In this document: piece by piece, positions 1 to 9,473 of the stretch
Layout of the letters: each line of letters opens with the position of its first letter
Numbering within the stretch: position 1 is the first letter of the stretch
Source: Wolbachia endosymbiont of Cimex lectularius
GTDB lineage: Bacteria > Pseudomonadota > Alphaproteobacteria > Rickettsiales > Anaplasmataceae
Assembly: GCF_000829315.1 (NCBI RefSeq)
Contig: NZ_AP013028.1
Coordinates: 990,001 to 1,022,000, forward strand
Reading direction: 5' to 3'
Length of the DNA: 32,000 bases
Made by a program: the position numbers and the translations under genes
Notes under the pieces: generated by a model
Database searches by the model: none
The model's input: the letters and a program-made list of their open reading frames with translations, nothing else
Told to the model about the DNA's origin: nothing

Positions 1-315
1 TTACACAAATTACCTGCTAATTGCAATGTTTGTACAGTTGTGCGCGTGACGCTGGAATCTAGGAATTTTATCAAGTAGGTGAACATACAATGGCGTCAAC
101 TTAAGAGCTTCCTTGTAAACTTCTTTGTTGAAATAAAATAGAAACAAAAGTGCTGCTTATTGCAGCTTTTGGATAATTTTATGGTAAAAATTTTAGAGAG
201 AAATTTTATACACGATCACTGACATTTTTCCTTAAGTTGACGCCATTGAGAGATCTATTGCTATAATCTTCATTATTATATAGATTATACTAATAGATTA
301 AACTAAAGGAAGGTT

Positions 316-795
316 ATGAATAAAGAGATAATAATAAAGCATTTGAATAAATCACTCACTGGTGAGTTGACTTCTATACGTCAGTATTTTTTGCATTCTA
401 CAATTCTCAAAGATAGTGGGATCAATAAACTTGCAGAGAAAATGAAAGAAGAGCTTGACGAGGAACTTGAACATGCAAATAAGCTAGCAGAAAGAATTTT
501 ATTGCTTAAAGGTATACCAAACTTTCAAGACACAAATGAAATCTCAAAGTATGACGGGAAGTTCACAAAAGATACAATACGAAAAATCTTGGAAGATAAT
601 TTAAAATTAGAAGAAGAAGGTTTAAAAGACTATAGAGAAGCAATTTCTGTTGCTGAAAAAGAGAGAGATTTTGTTAGTGTAATCTTATTAGAGGAATTAT
701 TGAAAAATGAGGAAGAGCACTACCATTGGATCGAAGAGCAAATTGCTCTTATTGAACTTATAGGTGTTGAAAATTACCTAAAAACACAAATGTAA
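316..795 (+). CDS. bfr: Bacterioferritin / ferritin-like diiron protein
   Basis: 159 aa ORF with a bacterioferritin-like four-helix pattern (LTGELTSIRQYFLHSTIL, EELEHANKLAERILLL, LLKNEEEHYHWIEEQI); upstream aaaggaag RBS-like sequence. Confidence 0.9.
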   Translation: MNKEIIIKHLNKSLTGELTSIRQYFLHSTILKDSGINKLAEKMKEELDEELEHANKLAERILLLKGIPNFQDTNEISKYDGKFTKDTIRKILEDNLKLEEEGLKDYREAISVAEKERDFVSVILLEELLKNEEEHYHWIEEQIALIELIGVENYLKTQM

Positions 796-796
796 G

Positions 797-1411
797 GTGT
801 TAAAAAAAACAATATTTATCTTAATTATACCTTGCTTACTTCTTTTCTTGTTAGGGTTGTGGCAATTATTTAGATTAAACTGGAAGAACAATATCATCAA
901 AAATATGAGTCTTCCAGTTGTCTATCTGTTGCCCAATGATGATCTTGCAAAATTTAACTACAGACACGTCAAGATTGACGGGATTTTAAGTGACATAGAG
1001 CTATACGTTTTTGCAGGGCAACGCGGCTATCATGTGCTGTCTCCTATGCTACTCACTACTGGACATTATATGCTAGTGAATAAAGGAATAGTCAGAGAAA
1101 AAAAAGAGGAAAAAGCAAAAATTGAGAAAATAGCTGCGAGTGGAGTTTTATACTGCGATAGCAGTAAAAGCAAAAGTTGGTTAATCAAAAATGATACTGC
1201 TTTGAACACGTGGTTTACCCTAAGTACAGAAGAAATTTCCAATGAATTTGGTATTAAGCTAGAGCAGTGTATGTTATGGCAGAAAGGTTTCAGCAATAAG
1301 TTAACTATACAGCCGATGAAACACTTGGAATATGCGATAACTTGGTTTGCACTTTCCTTGATTTGGTGTGCAGTTTATTATAGACAAAATAAACGCCACT
1401 CAAGTGGCTGA
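797..1411 (+). CDS. SURF1 family protein (cytochrome oxidase assembly)
   Basis: 204 aa, N-terminal TM (GLWQLFRLNWKNNII), central ELYVFAGQRGYHVLSPM and C-terminal TM HLEYAITWFALSLIWCAVY, the SURF1/Shy1 layout; starts right after the bfr stop. Confidence 0.85.
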   Translation: MLKKTIFILIIPCLLLFLLGLWQLFRLNWKNNIIKNMSLPVVYLLPNDDLAKFNYRHVKIDGILSDIELYVFAGQRGYHVLSPMLLTTGHYMLVNKGIVREKKEEKAKIEKIAASGVLYCDSSKSKSWLIKNDTALNTWFTLSTEEISNEFGIKLEQCMLWQKGFSNKLTIQPMKHLEYAITWFALSLIWCAVYYRQNKRHSSG

Positions 1412-1459
1412 CATCAACGGTTACGAGTTGGGATAACAAGAGAAGAACTGAAGAAATAA

Positions 1460-3178
1460 TCATTTATCTATATCGCTACTAATATCCTTTATCATGCTAT
1501 AATTGCCTTTCCTAAATCTACTTTTTAAGGACTCAACTCCACTTTCGCTAATTCCACTTAGGCTCAGTGCTGCTCCACCAAGCTGCAACCCAATCTCAGA
1601 TGTCTCCGGAATAATTTTACTAGCCCCTAGATCTTTGTAAGCTTCTATATTACTCAGATCTGGTAGGCGTATTATAATATTTACATGTGGAAAATTTGTT
1701 GCAACTAAAGAAACAATCTTCTTTATAGTAACTTCGTTCTTTATTGAAATTACGAGGGCTTGGGCCCTTTCTATTCCTACTGATTTTAAAATTTCATATC
1801 TCGTGGCATCTCCAAGATATATAGGAAAGCTGTCACTTTTCCCTTCTTTGACTATCTTTGATTGAATATCTACAACAACGTAACTTAGATGCTCTGCGGT
1901 AAGCATTTTTGTTACCATATATCCTACCCTGCCGAATCCAGCAACTACTACATGGTTATAGAGATCTTGTGTGTCTGTCTCAATTGCCTCATCATCTAAT
2001 ATTACTTTTTCAGTGCTAAATGAATTTGCTATCCACTCTCCAAGTCCCGATAGAAGAGGAGTGAAAGCCATAGTTACCGTAGTTACCATCATAAGCACTT
2101 GAGCGATTTCACTTGGTAGTACATCTAACTCATCTGCTAAGCGAAACAGGATAAATGCAAATTCACCACCCTGTGCAAGCAATAATCCAGCTTGTATGGC
2201 AGGTGCACTCTTAAACCCAAAAAATCTACACAATACGTATATGATAGATGTTTTCAAAACGATAAGGATGATCGACAATAAAGTAATTAGCGGCAATTTA
2301 TTGAGTAAAAGGTCAATATCGATAGACATACCGACAGTCATGAAAAATAAGCCGAGAAACAAATCTTTAAATGGTAATACCGCGTGTTCCACCGAGTGCC
2401 TATGTTCTGTTTCTGCAACTAATAACCCAGCAACGAATGCGCCCAGTGCCATTGATAAATGAAATTGCTCGGTAATAAATGCTGCTCCTAATATTATTAA
2501 GAGTGTTGTTGATACAAAGACCTCGTTACTTTCCATTTTAGCAATAACCGAAAATAAGGGTCTGAGTAATAACCTACCAGTTATAAATATCAGAACTAAT
2601 GCAATAGCTGCTTGCACTAATGAACCTGCCAGTGAGCTTATCAGACTATTTGTAGAATTATCAGTAAGTAAGGGTACTAATACTATTAGCGGTACTACTG
2701 CAAAGTCTTGCATTAGTAGCACTGCTATCGACAACCTACCAACTTGACTTGCTTGGGAACCTTTTTCCTGCAGAACCTGTAACACTATTGCCGTTGAGGA
2801 CAATGCAAGCCCACCGCCGATAACTGCTGCCATGTTAGTGTTCACTCCAAAAGCAAGGGCAATGCACCATATCGCTACCATGGTAATTATTACTTGAAGA
2901 GAACCAAATCCAAATACATGGATACGCATGGCGATAAGGCGTTCAAAGGTCAACTCAAGACCTATAATGAATAATAGAAAAACTACGCCGAATTCTGCAA
3001 AATTATCCATTGCATCAGCTGAATGTATCAGATTAAATCCATGAGAACCAATCAACGCGCCTGCAACGAAGTAACCGAGCACTGGGCTGATATTCATTTT
3101 CCAAAACGCTATGACTATAAACACAGCAGCGGAAAGTAGAATTATAATATCAAACAAATACTGAGAGCTGCCGTGCAT
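1460..3178 (-). CDS. Monovalent cation:proton antiporter, CPA2/Kef type, with C-terminal TrkA-N (RCK) domain
   Basis: 572 aa; GNATL-like multi-TM region (FGVVFLLFIIGLELTFERL, LSSTAIVLQVLQEKG) then the nucleotide-binding domain (HVVVAGFGRVGYMVTKML...VVDIQ...GDATRYEIL). Confidence 0.9.
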   Translation of the reverse strand: MHGSSQYLFDIIILLSAAVFIVIAFWKMNISPVLGYFVAGALIGSHGFNLIHSADAMDNFAEFGVVFLLFIIGLELTFERLIAMRIHVFGFGSLQVIITMVAIWCIALAFGVNTNMAAVIGGGLALSSTAIVLQVLQEKGSQASQVGRLSIAVLLMQDFAVVPLIVLVPLLTDNSTNSLISSLAGSLVQAAIALVLIFITGRLLLRPLFSVIAKMESNEVFVSTTLLIILGAAFITEQFHLSMALGAFVAGLLVAETEHRHSVEHAVLPFKDLFLGLFFMTVGMSIDIDLLLNKLPLITLLSIILIVLKTSIIYVLCRFFGFKSAPAIQAGLLLAQGGEFAFILFRLADELDVLPSEIAQVLMMVTTVTMAFTPLLSGLGEWIANSFSTEKVILDDEAIETDTQDLYNHVVVAGFGRVGYMVTKMLTAEHLSYVVVDIQSKIVKEGKSDSFPIYLGDATRYEILKSVGIERAQALVISIKNEVTIKKIVSLVATNFPHVNIIIRLPDLSNIEAYKDLGASKIIPETSEIGLQLGGAALSLSGISESGVESLKSRFRKGNYSMIKDISSDIDK

Positions 3179-3183
3179 GATAT

Positions 3184-3756
3184 TTAACCTGTAGGATCAG
3201 ACCATTTAATTGAGCAACCAATGCTTGACTTTTGGTCAACCGGAGGATTACCAGTTTCTGCAACAAATTTCATAGCTTGGAATAAGTCACTACTTCCTAT
3301 TTTATAGTTTTGAGCCTTTTCTTTTTTTGCATCGTTAAAGCGTCCACGATAGCGGAGTTTTAAATTAGCATTAAAACCAAAAAAGTCAGGAGTACAAACA
3401 GCACCATACTTTTTAGCCACTTCTTGCGTACTGTCAATCAGATATGGAAATGTAAACTTATTTTCCTTGGCAAAATTAATCATATTTTCAAAGGAGTCTT
3501 CTGGATATTCATTTACATCATTTGGCATTATTGCAACAGTACTTACCTGATAATCTTTTTTTAACAAATCAACATCGCTCACCAGATTGCTAATAATTGA
3601 TCGAACGTAAGGGCAGTGATTGCATATAAACATTACAATAAGCCCATTTTTTCCACGACAGTCACTTAATGTATAGTGTTTGTTATCCACCCCCAAAAGA
3701 TTGAAATCCTTTGCAATAAAGTCAAAATCTACCTTAGGAGTATTCAGTGCAACCAT
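3184..3756 (-). CDS. Thioredoxin/redoxin family protein (AhpC/TSA-like)
   Basis: 190 aa; FNLLGVDNKHYTLSDCRGKNGLIVMFICNHCPYVRSI (CPYV active-site-like motif) and YGAVCTPDFFGF. Confidence 0.85.
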   Translation of the reverse strand: MVALNTPKVDFDFIAKDFNLLGVDNKHYTLSDCRGKNGLIVMFICNHCPYVRSIISNLVSDVDLLKKDYQVSTVAIMPNDVNEYPEDSFENMINFAKENKFTFPYLIDSTQEVAKKYGAVCTPDFFGFNANLKLRYRGRFNDAKKEKAQNYKIGSSDLFQAMKFVAETGNPPVDQKSSIGCSIKWSDPTG

Positions 3757-3870
3757 AGCTTACAGAGAATTGTGTATCACACACAACATATAATATTATT
3801 GTTTAAATGTCAAATGGTTCTTGTGTATACTGTTTGCATATTCTTTATTGACATTACGATTATAGAACTT

Positions 3871-4473
3871 ATGTTCATAACCTTCGAAGGAATAGACGGC
3901 TCCGGTAAAACAACGCAATCTGAGTTACTTGCGGATCATTTTAGGCAAATTCATGGCGAAAATCATGTGATATTGACCCGAGAACCAGGCGGTACTGACT
4001 TTGCAGAAAAGGTAAGAAGGGTATTACTTAAGGACAATATTGATCCCATCTCTGAACTTTTGCTGCTCACCTCAATGAGATATGAACATGTAAAAAAATT
4101 AATACTGCCAGCTCTAAAAGAAGGAAAGATAGTAATTTGCGATCGATTTATTGATTCAACTATTGCATACCAAGGGTATGGGCTTGGAGTTGACTTAGGG
4201 CTAATAGGGGACCTTCATAAGTTAGTAAAAATTGAACGTCCAGACATCACATTTATCCTAGATATTGATGTTCAAGTTGGGCTAAGCAGAGCAAAGGACA
4301 AAAACAAATACGAAGAGATGGACATTAATTTTTATAACAAAGTTCGAAAAGGATTCCAAGAAATAGCGCTAAAAGAGTCTGATAGATGCAATGTTATCAC
4401 TGAAATTGAAACTAAGGATGATAATCGAGTGCATAGTGAAATTATCAACAGAATTGCTAGCACTATACAATAG
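3871..4473 (+). CDS. tmk: Thymidylate kinase
   Basis: P-loop FITFEGIDGSGKTTQSELLADHF, TREPGGTDFAEKVR and DRFIDSTIAYQGYG. The supplied ORF starts at 3676, but its first 65 codons are not kinase-like. The ATG at 3871 sits directly before the conserved domain. Confidence 0.93.
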   Translation: MFITFEGIDGSGKTTQSELLADHFRQIHGENHVILTREPGGTDFAEKVRRVLLKDNIDPISELLLLTSMRYEHVKKLILPALKEGKIVICDRFIDSTIAYQGYGLGVDLGLIGDLHKLVKIERPDITFILDIDVQVGLSRAKDKNKYEEMDINFYNKVRKGFQEIALKESDRCNVITEIETKDDNRVHSEIINRIASTIQ

Positions 4474-5223
4474 AACTGGTTTTGCTAGCAAAATGAAAAT
4501 TAAGGCCAACTTCAATACCGCGTGTAGAAAGTGATCCATTGCAACTGAAGTTACTTTCACTAATTGGTGATGGAGTGACAACCTCAGAAATTGTCGCTGC
4601 GCCAAAATATCTATATCCTATTCTCATACTCACATATTTATGTATGTGGTAATCAATACCAGCTTTTAATTGATATGCGAGCCATATTGATGACTCGCTG
4701 AGCACTTTCATGTTTTTGTTGCACCAATCCCAGTCCCAACGTAAAGAGAAGAAGAAAAACGATCACTTCTCCAGTGATAATAAACGTTTGCTATTAAAGA
4801 TTCGCTTTTGATTTTCTTTACAGGTCCTATTTTCCATGAAGTTCTTCCGTTAAATTCAAAACCACAATTATTTGCTGTTATAACGGAATATATTCCTTCT
4901 AATTCAACTCTGTAGCTGTTTATTGAATAGCCAAATGCCATATTTGCAGCAAAAAGTGGACTATATTTTGATTGCAGTTTATTCGACTGATCTGATCTTT
5001 TTAGATTCTTCCTATTTACACTCTTATTATTATCATCCTGAAAGTTGAAATACATTGTGAAACTAGGCTTTTCAACTTGTTGTAGCTTTAATCTAGCTAT
5101 ACTACTAATACCATAATATCCACCACTAAGGTAAAATCCTTCTGTTTCATTTGCAAAAGACTGTTGTGACAACAACAAAACAAGGGCTATTATCACTAAC
5201 GTTTTTTTATTAATCATTACCAT
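4463..5223 (-). pseudogene. Outer-membrane surface antigen (Wsp/P44/Msp2-like family), split by a frameshift near 4711
   Basis: ORF 4708-5223 carries a signal peptide (KKTLVIIALVLLLSQQSFANETEGFYLSGGYYG) and ends ...YVGTGIGATKT-stop. ORF 4463-4711 continues in another frame: MKVLSESSIWLAYQLKAGIDYHIHKYVSMRIGYRYFG...GIEVGLNFHF. They overlap at ATGA; together they form one beta-barrel. Confidence 0.8.
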
Positions 5224-5438
5224 TTTACTATTAAAGTTATGTCAATTCTCGCTGTTAACTAGACAAATAAGGGACTTGCAGGCTTGCCCAAAGCTGCGGC
5301 TGTAGACAATAAAGCAAATTGTTTTTTTATTTCTGAGAATTGCTTTAGTATAACACTAATTAGTTGAAAATTATTTAATGCAACCCTCACTGGAAGGGTG
5401 TCATGAAAGTAGCACATTTCTTATCATCCAAGTAGCCC

Positions 5439-5570
5439 CTTCCTTGTCATCCCAGTGCTTCGACACTGGGATCCAGCCTTTCCATAACAATTAAATATTG
5501 TGTGTTTTTAATCAAGATTAGCTACTTTCTATGTTCACAAAATTAGTTTGCTTGCTTACAAGCAAACTTT
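5439..5570. repeat. Dispersed palindromic intergenic repeat, copy A (TCCCAGTG-cttcga-CACTGGGA)
   Basis: TCATCCCAGTGCTTCGACACTGGGATCCAGCCTTTCCATAACAATTAAATATTGTGTGTTTTTAATCAAGATTAGCTACTTTCTATGTTCACAAAATTAGTTTGCTTGC; recurs in diverged form at about 6882-6991. Confidence 0.85.
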
Positions 5571-5614
5571 TTTGGAATGACAGGTCTGTGGGTGCATCCA
5601 AGTAGCTCCTTCCT

Positions 5615-5800
5615 TGTCATCCCAGTGCTCCGACACTGGGATCCAGCCTTTCCATAATCATCAAAACGTCGTATTTTAACATAACTTTTATACTTACCAA
5701 CTTAATAAAATTCCTGGATGCCAGTGTCAGCTACTTGCATGACACCCTAGTGGTAGACTTCAAATCACAATGTTCGTACAGTTGTGCGTCAAGCGCTGGA
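5615..5800 (+). repeat. Long intergenic repeat, copy B (inverted partner at 7131-7314)
   Basis: TGTCATCCCAGTGCTCCGACACTGGGATCCAGCCTTTCCATAATCATCAAAACGTCGTATTTTAACATAACTTTTATACT...; the reverse complement occurs at 7131-7314. Confidence 0.9.
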
Positions 5801-5887
5801 ATGACAGGTCTGTGGGTGCATCCAAGTGCCCCCTCCTGTCATCCAAGTAGCTGACACTGGAACCTAGGATACTACTCTAGCAATAAA

Positions 5888-6190
5888 TATTAAGAATTTT
5901 ACCAAGTGAAAAAAAAGCAAAAGAATCCTTGAGTGGCGAGTTTTGACTCTATAATAATTTGCTGACGCTTAGTTCAAGCGCGATTTGGCTGAATGTAGAA
6001 AAAATGAAAAAGACATGCAGCCGCTATAATCTGATATAATCCGCCAAAAAATACCCTGAGTTTTTTACTGAATTTTGTCATTGAGCCTACAGATCAAAAA
6101 CAAGTTTTGAGTTAGAAATACCCTTATTATTATAATAAGGGGGTTGAAAGAATTTGTCAAGTAGTTTTTTTCGTTTCCACTGAATGACGT
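5888..6190 (+). repeat. Modular A-tract repeat (TTAAGAATTTTACC..AAAAAAAAGCAAAAGAA..TTGTCAAGTAGTTTTTTTCG)
   Basis: Shares 5' and 3' modules with about 7420-7600, 7620-7905, 24410-24845 and, inverted, 29122-29620. Confidence 0.7.
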
Positions 6191-6246
6191 TATAACTTTT
6201 TTCCACTGTTGTCTATCCGCTTTCTGTGTAGTGGAATTGGTATTAC
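6151..6246 (+). repeat. ~95 bp repeat, also at 25834-25927
   Basis: TTTGTCAAGTAGTTTTTTTCGTTTCCACTGAATGACGTTATAACTTTTTTCCACTGTTGTCTATCCGCTTTCTGTGTAGTGGAATTGGTAT is closely matched at 25834-25927. Confidence 0.85.
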
Positions 6247-6309
6247 ATTAATTATGCAATAATATATATTGTTTATTAATAAATCTATACTATAATTTAA
6301 GGTAGTATT

Positions 6310-6744
6310 ATGACATATCACTTAACATTTACATTCCCAAAGGAACAATATTCCATAGACAAGGATAGTAATGAGTTCTCGGCAAAAGATAAAGAAGGCA
6401 ACAGATTTATCATTACCGCAGATAGCAACCAAAAAGGAAAATTTTCTTTTTGTAAAGATGACGGTAGTGAGTGTAAGTTTACATAACACTATGCAGTTAA
6501 AGATCCAAAAATATGTAACAAGCTTTCTGATATTGACAGTGCTGACTATATAAACGTTATTATGGAAGGCTATGGTGAAAAATATTTCCAAAGCAGAATA
6601 TTAGGTGGACTAAATAAGTGTAATATTGATTACGCAGTAGTGGATGATGGTAAAACGCAGGACGTGCTGCACAGTCCCTCAATGGATGACTATGCAACAC
6701 AGGAAGATGCCAATATACCTCCTTTAGAGGATCTTATAATTTAA
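6310..6744 (+). pseudogene. Small hypothetical gene (~144 codons) with one in-frame TAA at 6484-6486
   Basis: ATG at 6310 after aaggtag. Frame reads MTYHLTFTFPKEQYSIDKDSNEFSAKDKEGNRFIITADSNQKGKFSFCKDDGSECKFT*HYAVKDPKICNKLSDIDSADYINVIMEGYGEKYFQSRILGG...PPLEDLII. ORF track entry 6562-6744 is its in-frame tail. Confidence 0.65.
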
Positions 6745-6813
6745 TCTTCACCTGTATACGCAAGAGCTTTCCTGGTTCCAGTTTCAGCTACTTGGATGAC
6801 ACCCATAACTTTG

Positions 6814-6894
6814 TCATTCCAGCGCGTGACGCACAACTGTACGAACATTGCAATTAGCAGGTAATTTGCGTAACAGACGGTGTCATCCCAGTGC
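6814..6894. repeat. ~80 bp repeat, inverted partner at 7302-7382, partial copy at 1-57
   Basis: CATTCCAGCGCGTGACGCACAACTGTACGAACATTGCAATTAGCAGGTAATTTGCGTAACAGACGGTGTCATCCCAGTG is the reverse complement (few changes) of 7302-7382. Window bases 1-57 match the latter. Confidence 0.88.
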
Positions 6895-7130
6895 CCAGAC
6901 ACTGGAATCCAGTCTTTCCATAATAATTAAATGTTGTGTTTTTAATTAAGATTAGCTACTTTCTATGTTCACAAAATTAGTTTGCTTGCTTATACCAACA
7001 TTCGTTATTGGGAAGACAAATGGGACACGTTATAAATTTGCTTAATTCCCCAATTATAGGCAAAAAGAGCTCTTTTTCATTTGTTCCGTTACCAATGAGA
7101 CTTGGTATTACAAGCAAACTTTCCTAGATT

Positions 7131-7314
7131 CCAGCGTCACGCGCACAACTGTACGAACATTGTGATTTGAGCCTACCACTAGGGTGTCATGCAAGTAGCT
7201 GACACTGGCATCCAGGAATTTTATTAAGTTGGTGAGTATAAAAGTTATGTTAAAATACGACGTTTTGATGATTATGGAAAGGCTGGATCCCAGTGTCGGA
7301 GCACTGGGATGACA
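7131..7314 (-). repeat. Long intergenic repeat, copy C (inverted relative to 5615-5800)
   Basis: CACTAGGGTGTCATGCAAGTAGCTGACACTGGCATCCAGGAATTTTATTAAGTTGGTGAGTATAAAAGTTATGTTAAAATACGACGTTTTGATGATTATGGAAAGGCTGGATCCCAGTG. Confidence 0.9.
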
Positions 7315-7382
7315 CCGTCTGTTACACAAATTACCTGCTAATTGCAATGTTCGTACAGTTGTGCGTCACGCGCTGGAATGAC
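7302..7382. repeat. ~80 bp repeat, inverted partner of 6814-6894
   Basis: See 6814-6894. Confidence 0.88.
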
Positions 7383-7419
7383 ACCCTTCACAGGCTTTTG
7401 AATTGTTTTAGCTATCAAT

Positions 7420-7600
7420 ATTTAAGAAATTTACTAAACAGAAAAAAGCAAAAAAAACCCCAGCCATTGTCTATTTTAATAACTTGGCGTTAATGCTCTA
7501 TACGCTTGACAAGTAGCTGACCTTGGGGTTGTAAATACCCATAACTTATGATAAGGGAAACGTCAAAACTTGTCAAGCAATTTTTTTGTGAAAAAAATGA
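7420..7600 (+). repeat. Modular A-tract repeat, short copy
   Basis: ATTTAAGAAATTTACTAAACAGAAAAAAGCAAAAAAAACCCC...ACTTGGCGTTAATGCTC...ACTTGTCAAGCAATTTTTTTGTG. Confidence 0.7.
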
Positions 7601-7619
7601 AGTTAATTAAATTTTTAAC

Positions 7620-7905
7620 TAGTTTAAAAAAAAGACAAAAGAAACCCCGCAATGTGAGTTGTTTACTGTTCTCTCAAAAACTTGGCGTCCGGTTCTCTCT
7701 TACACCGCTTAGTAAGCGAGGCTCAGCTAATGTAGACAAAAAATTATAAAGACATGCAGTGTCCATGCTGCAAAAATTAAACATAACACGCCTTGTTTTA
7801 TACTGTGCTTTTGTCACTTAATACAAAGATTAAAGATAAATTTTAGGCCTAAAACACCCACAACCCTATTATAAGGGGACCAGCGAAGGTTGTTAAGTAA
7901 TTTTT
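7620..7905 (+). repeat. Modular A-tract repeat, diverged copy
   Basis: GTTTAAAAAAAAGACAAAAGAAACCCC...CTTGGCGTCCGGTTC...AAAGACATGCAGTG...GAAGGTTGTTAAGTAATTTTTG. Confidence 0.65.
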
Positions 7906-7934
7906 GTACCTAATTTAAAACTAGAGAGCTCAGG

Positions 7935-9473
7935 TTAAAGTGTACGTTCAATAGCACTTTCTATAAGAGAGATAGTATTATCTATTCCATAAAGCTTTAT
8001 AAAAGACCCCATTCTTGGCCCGGTTTTTTGGCCAAGCAGTGTTTCATACAGCAGCTGAAACCAATCGCGTAAGTTGCTGTAATTATGCCTTTTTCCGATG
8101 GAAAAGATCTGGGATTGAATCTCCTCAGCAGTGGCCGTAATAGGCAGGGAATGCAGGGTATTCTTTAAATCTAGCAATGCTTCCTTCTCTTCTTCATTTG
8201 GAGCCTTATATGCTTTCGTTGGCTTGATAAAGTCGTGATAATACTTAACTGCGAAATCTGAAAGCCTATTGAGCATTTTGCTATTTTCTGGTGTAACGTC
8301 CGGTGCATAGGTGGATATAAAACCCCAAAGAATCTCTTTATTTTCAGCATTACAGGCTGCTGCTAGGTTTAAAAGCAATGAGAAATTTATGCCTGAAGTT
8401 TCTATATTTGGAACTCTACCTTGGTGAATGTGCCATACAGGACTGTTTACATCCTTTTCTTCACTCTCATTGTAACGCTTAACAAACTCCAAATATTCAT
8501 CAGTTGATTTTGGTATAACATTGAAATATAAACGTTTAGCCTTTTTTGGGCTCTGAAAAATGTATAACGCCAAGCTCTCTGTCGGTGCATAAGTAAGCCA
8601 TTCTTCAATTGAAATACCATTTCCTTTTGATTTCGATATCTTCTTTCCTTCTTTATCAAGGAAAAACTCGTAGCAAAATAGCAGTGGTGGCTTTTCTCCA
8701 AGTATTTTGCATATTTGACTTGAAAGCACAGCAGATGGAGTTAAATCTTTTCCATGAGCTTCGTAGTTGACTCCAAATGCAGCCCATCTCATTCCCCAGT
8801 CTGGTTTCCATTGCAATTTGCATCTTCCTTTTGTCACTGGAACTTCTATTTTTTCTCCATTTGCATCTTCGTATGTAATTGTTCCTTTGTCTGTATCCCT
8901 TTCAATCACTGGAACTTGTAGAACTTGGGAAGTTTTTGAACATACCGGCAAGAATGGATTATAGGTCTGCTGTCTTTCTTCTCGGAAAGATGGAAGCATT
9001 ACATCCATCACTTTATCGTAATTTTTCAGCAAAAGTAAGAGCTTTTCATCGTAAACACCAGATTTATAGCACTCTGTAGCACTTCTAAACTCGTATTCAA
9101 ACTCAAATAAATCAAGGAATTTACACAGCAATGAATTCATGTGATGACCATAACTCTCATGAGTGCCAAATGGGTCAGGTATCATGGTTAGTGGCTTGTT
9201 CAAATGCTCTCTTAGCATCTCCTGATTTGGCACATTGTCTGGTATTTTTCGCAAACCATCCATATCATCGGATACTGCAATGATTTTGATTTTTATACTA
9301 GGAGCTATTTTCTTTAGTGCATTTGCAACAACTGTAGTACGAAAAACTTCTCCAAAAGTACCAATATGCGGCAAACCTGAAGGTCCATAGCCAGTCTCAA
9401 ATATTATCTCTTTTTTGTTAGGAAACTCTTGTAATATTTTTTCTGCTTCTTGAAACGGCCAACTCATCATCAT
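7935..9473 (-). CDS. lysS: Lysyl-tRNA synthetase, class I (LysK-type)
   Basis: 512 aa; HIGH-like PHIGTFGEVFRT, KMSKS-like KISKSKGNGISIEEWL, GMRWAAFGVNYEAHGKDL and HESYGHHMNSLL; archaeal-type class I LysRS. Confidence 0.9.
   Translation of the reverse strand: MMMSWPFQEAEKILQEFPNKKEIIFETGYGPSGLPHIGTFGEVFRTTVVANALKKIAPSIKIKIIAVSDDMDGLRKIPDNVPNQEMLREHLNKPLTMIPDPFGTHESYGHHMNSLLCKFLDLFEFEYEFRSATECYKSGVYDEKLLLLLKNYDKVMDVMLPSFREERQQTYNPFLPVCSKTSQVLQVPVIERDTDKGTITYEDANGEKIEVPVTKGRCKLQWKPDWGMRWAAFGVNYEAHGKDLTPSAVLSSQICKILGEKPPLLFCYEFFLDKEGKKISKSKGNGISIEEWLTYAPTESLALYIFQSPKKAKRLYFNVIPKSTDEYLEFVKRYNESEEKDVNSPVWHIHQGRVPNIETSGINFSLLLNLAAACNAENKEILWGFISTYAPDVTPENSKMLNRLSDFAVKYYHDFIKPTKAYKAPNEEEKEALLDLKNTLHSLPITATAEEIQSQIFSIGKRHNYSNLRDWFQLLYETLLGQKTGPRMGSFIKLYGIDNTISLIESAIERTL

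Noticed and set aside
1066-2462. Small antisense ORFs at 1066-1296 and 2196-2462
   Set aside because: Antisense to confident SURF1 and Kef-type genes.
3676-3870. N-terminal 65 codons of the supplied tmk ORF
   Set aside because: Overlaps the antisense thioredoxin-like gene, is not kinase-like, and the ATG at 3871 precedes the P-loop as expected.
5430-5470. CCCAGTG-loop-CACTGGG hairpin as a rho-independent terminator
   Set aside because: Stem recurs within larger dispersed repeats, in both orientations, lacks a following T-run and once lies inside a coding sequence, so it is better explained as a repeat element.
6322-6591. 89-aa minus-strand ORF
   Set aside because: Antisense shadow of the interrupted + strand frame 6310-6744; no recognisable domain.
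7108-7493. ORFs 7108-7347 (-) and 7293-7493 (+)
   Set aside because: They are translations of dispersed palindromic repeat sequence, not genes.
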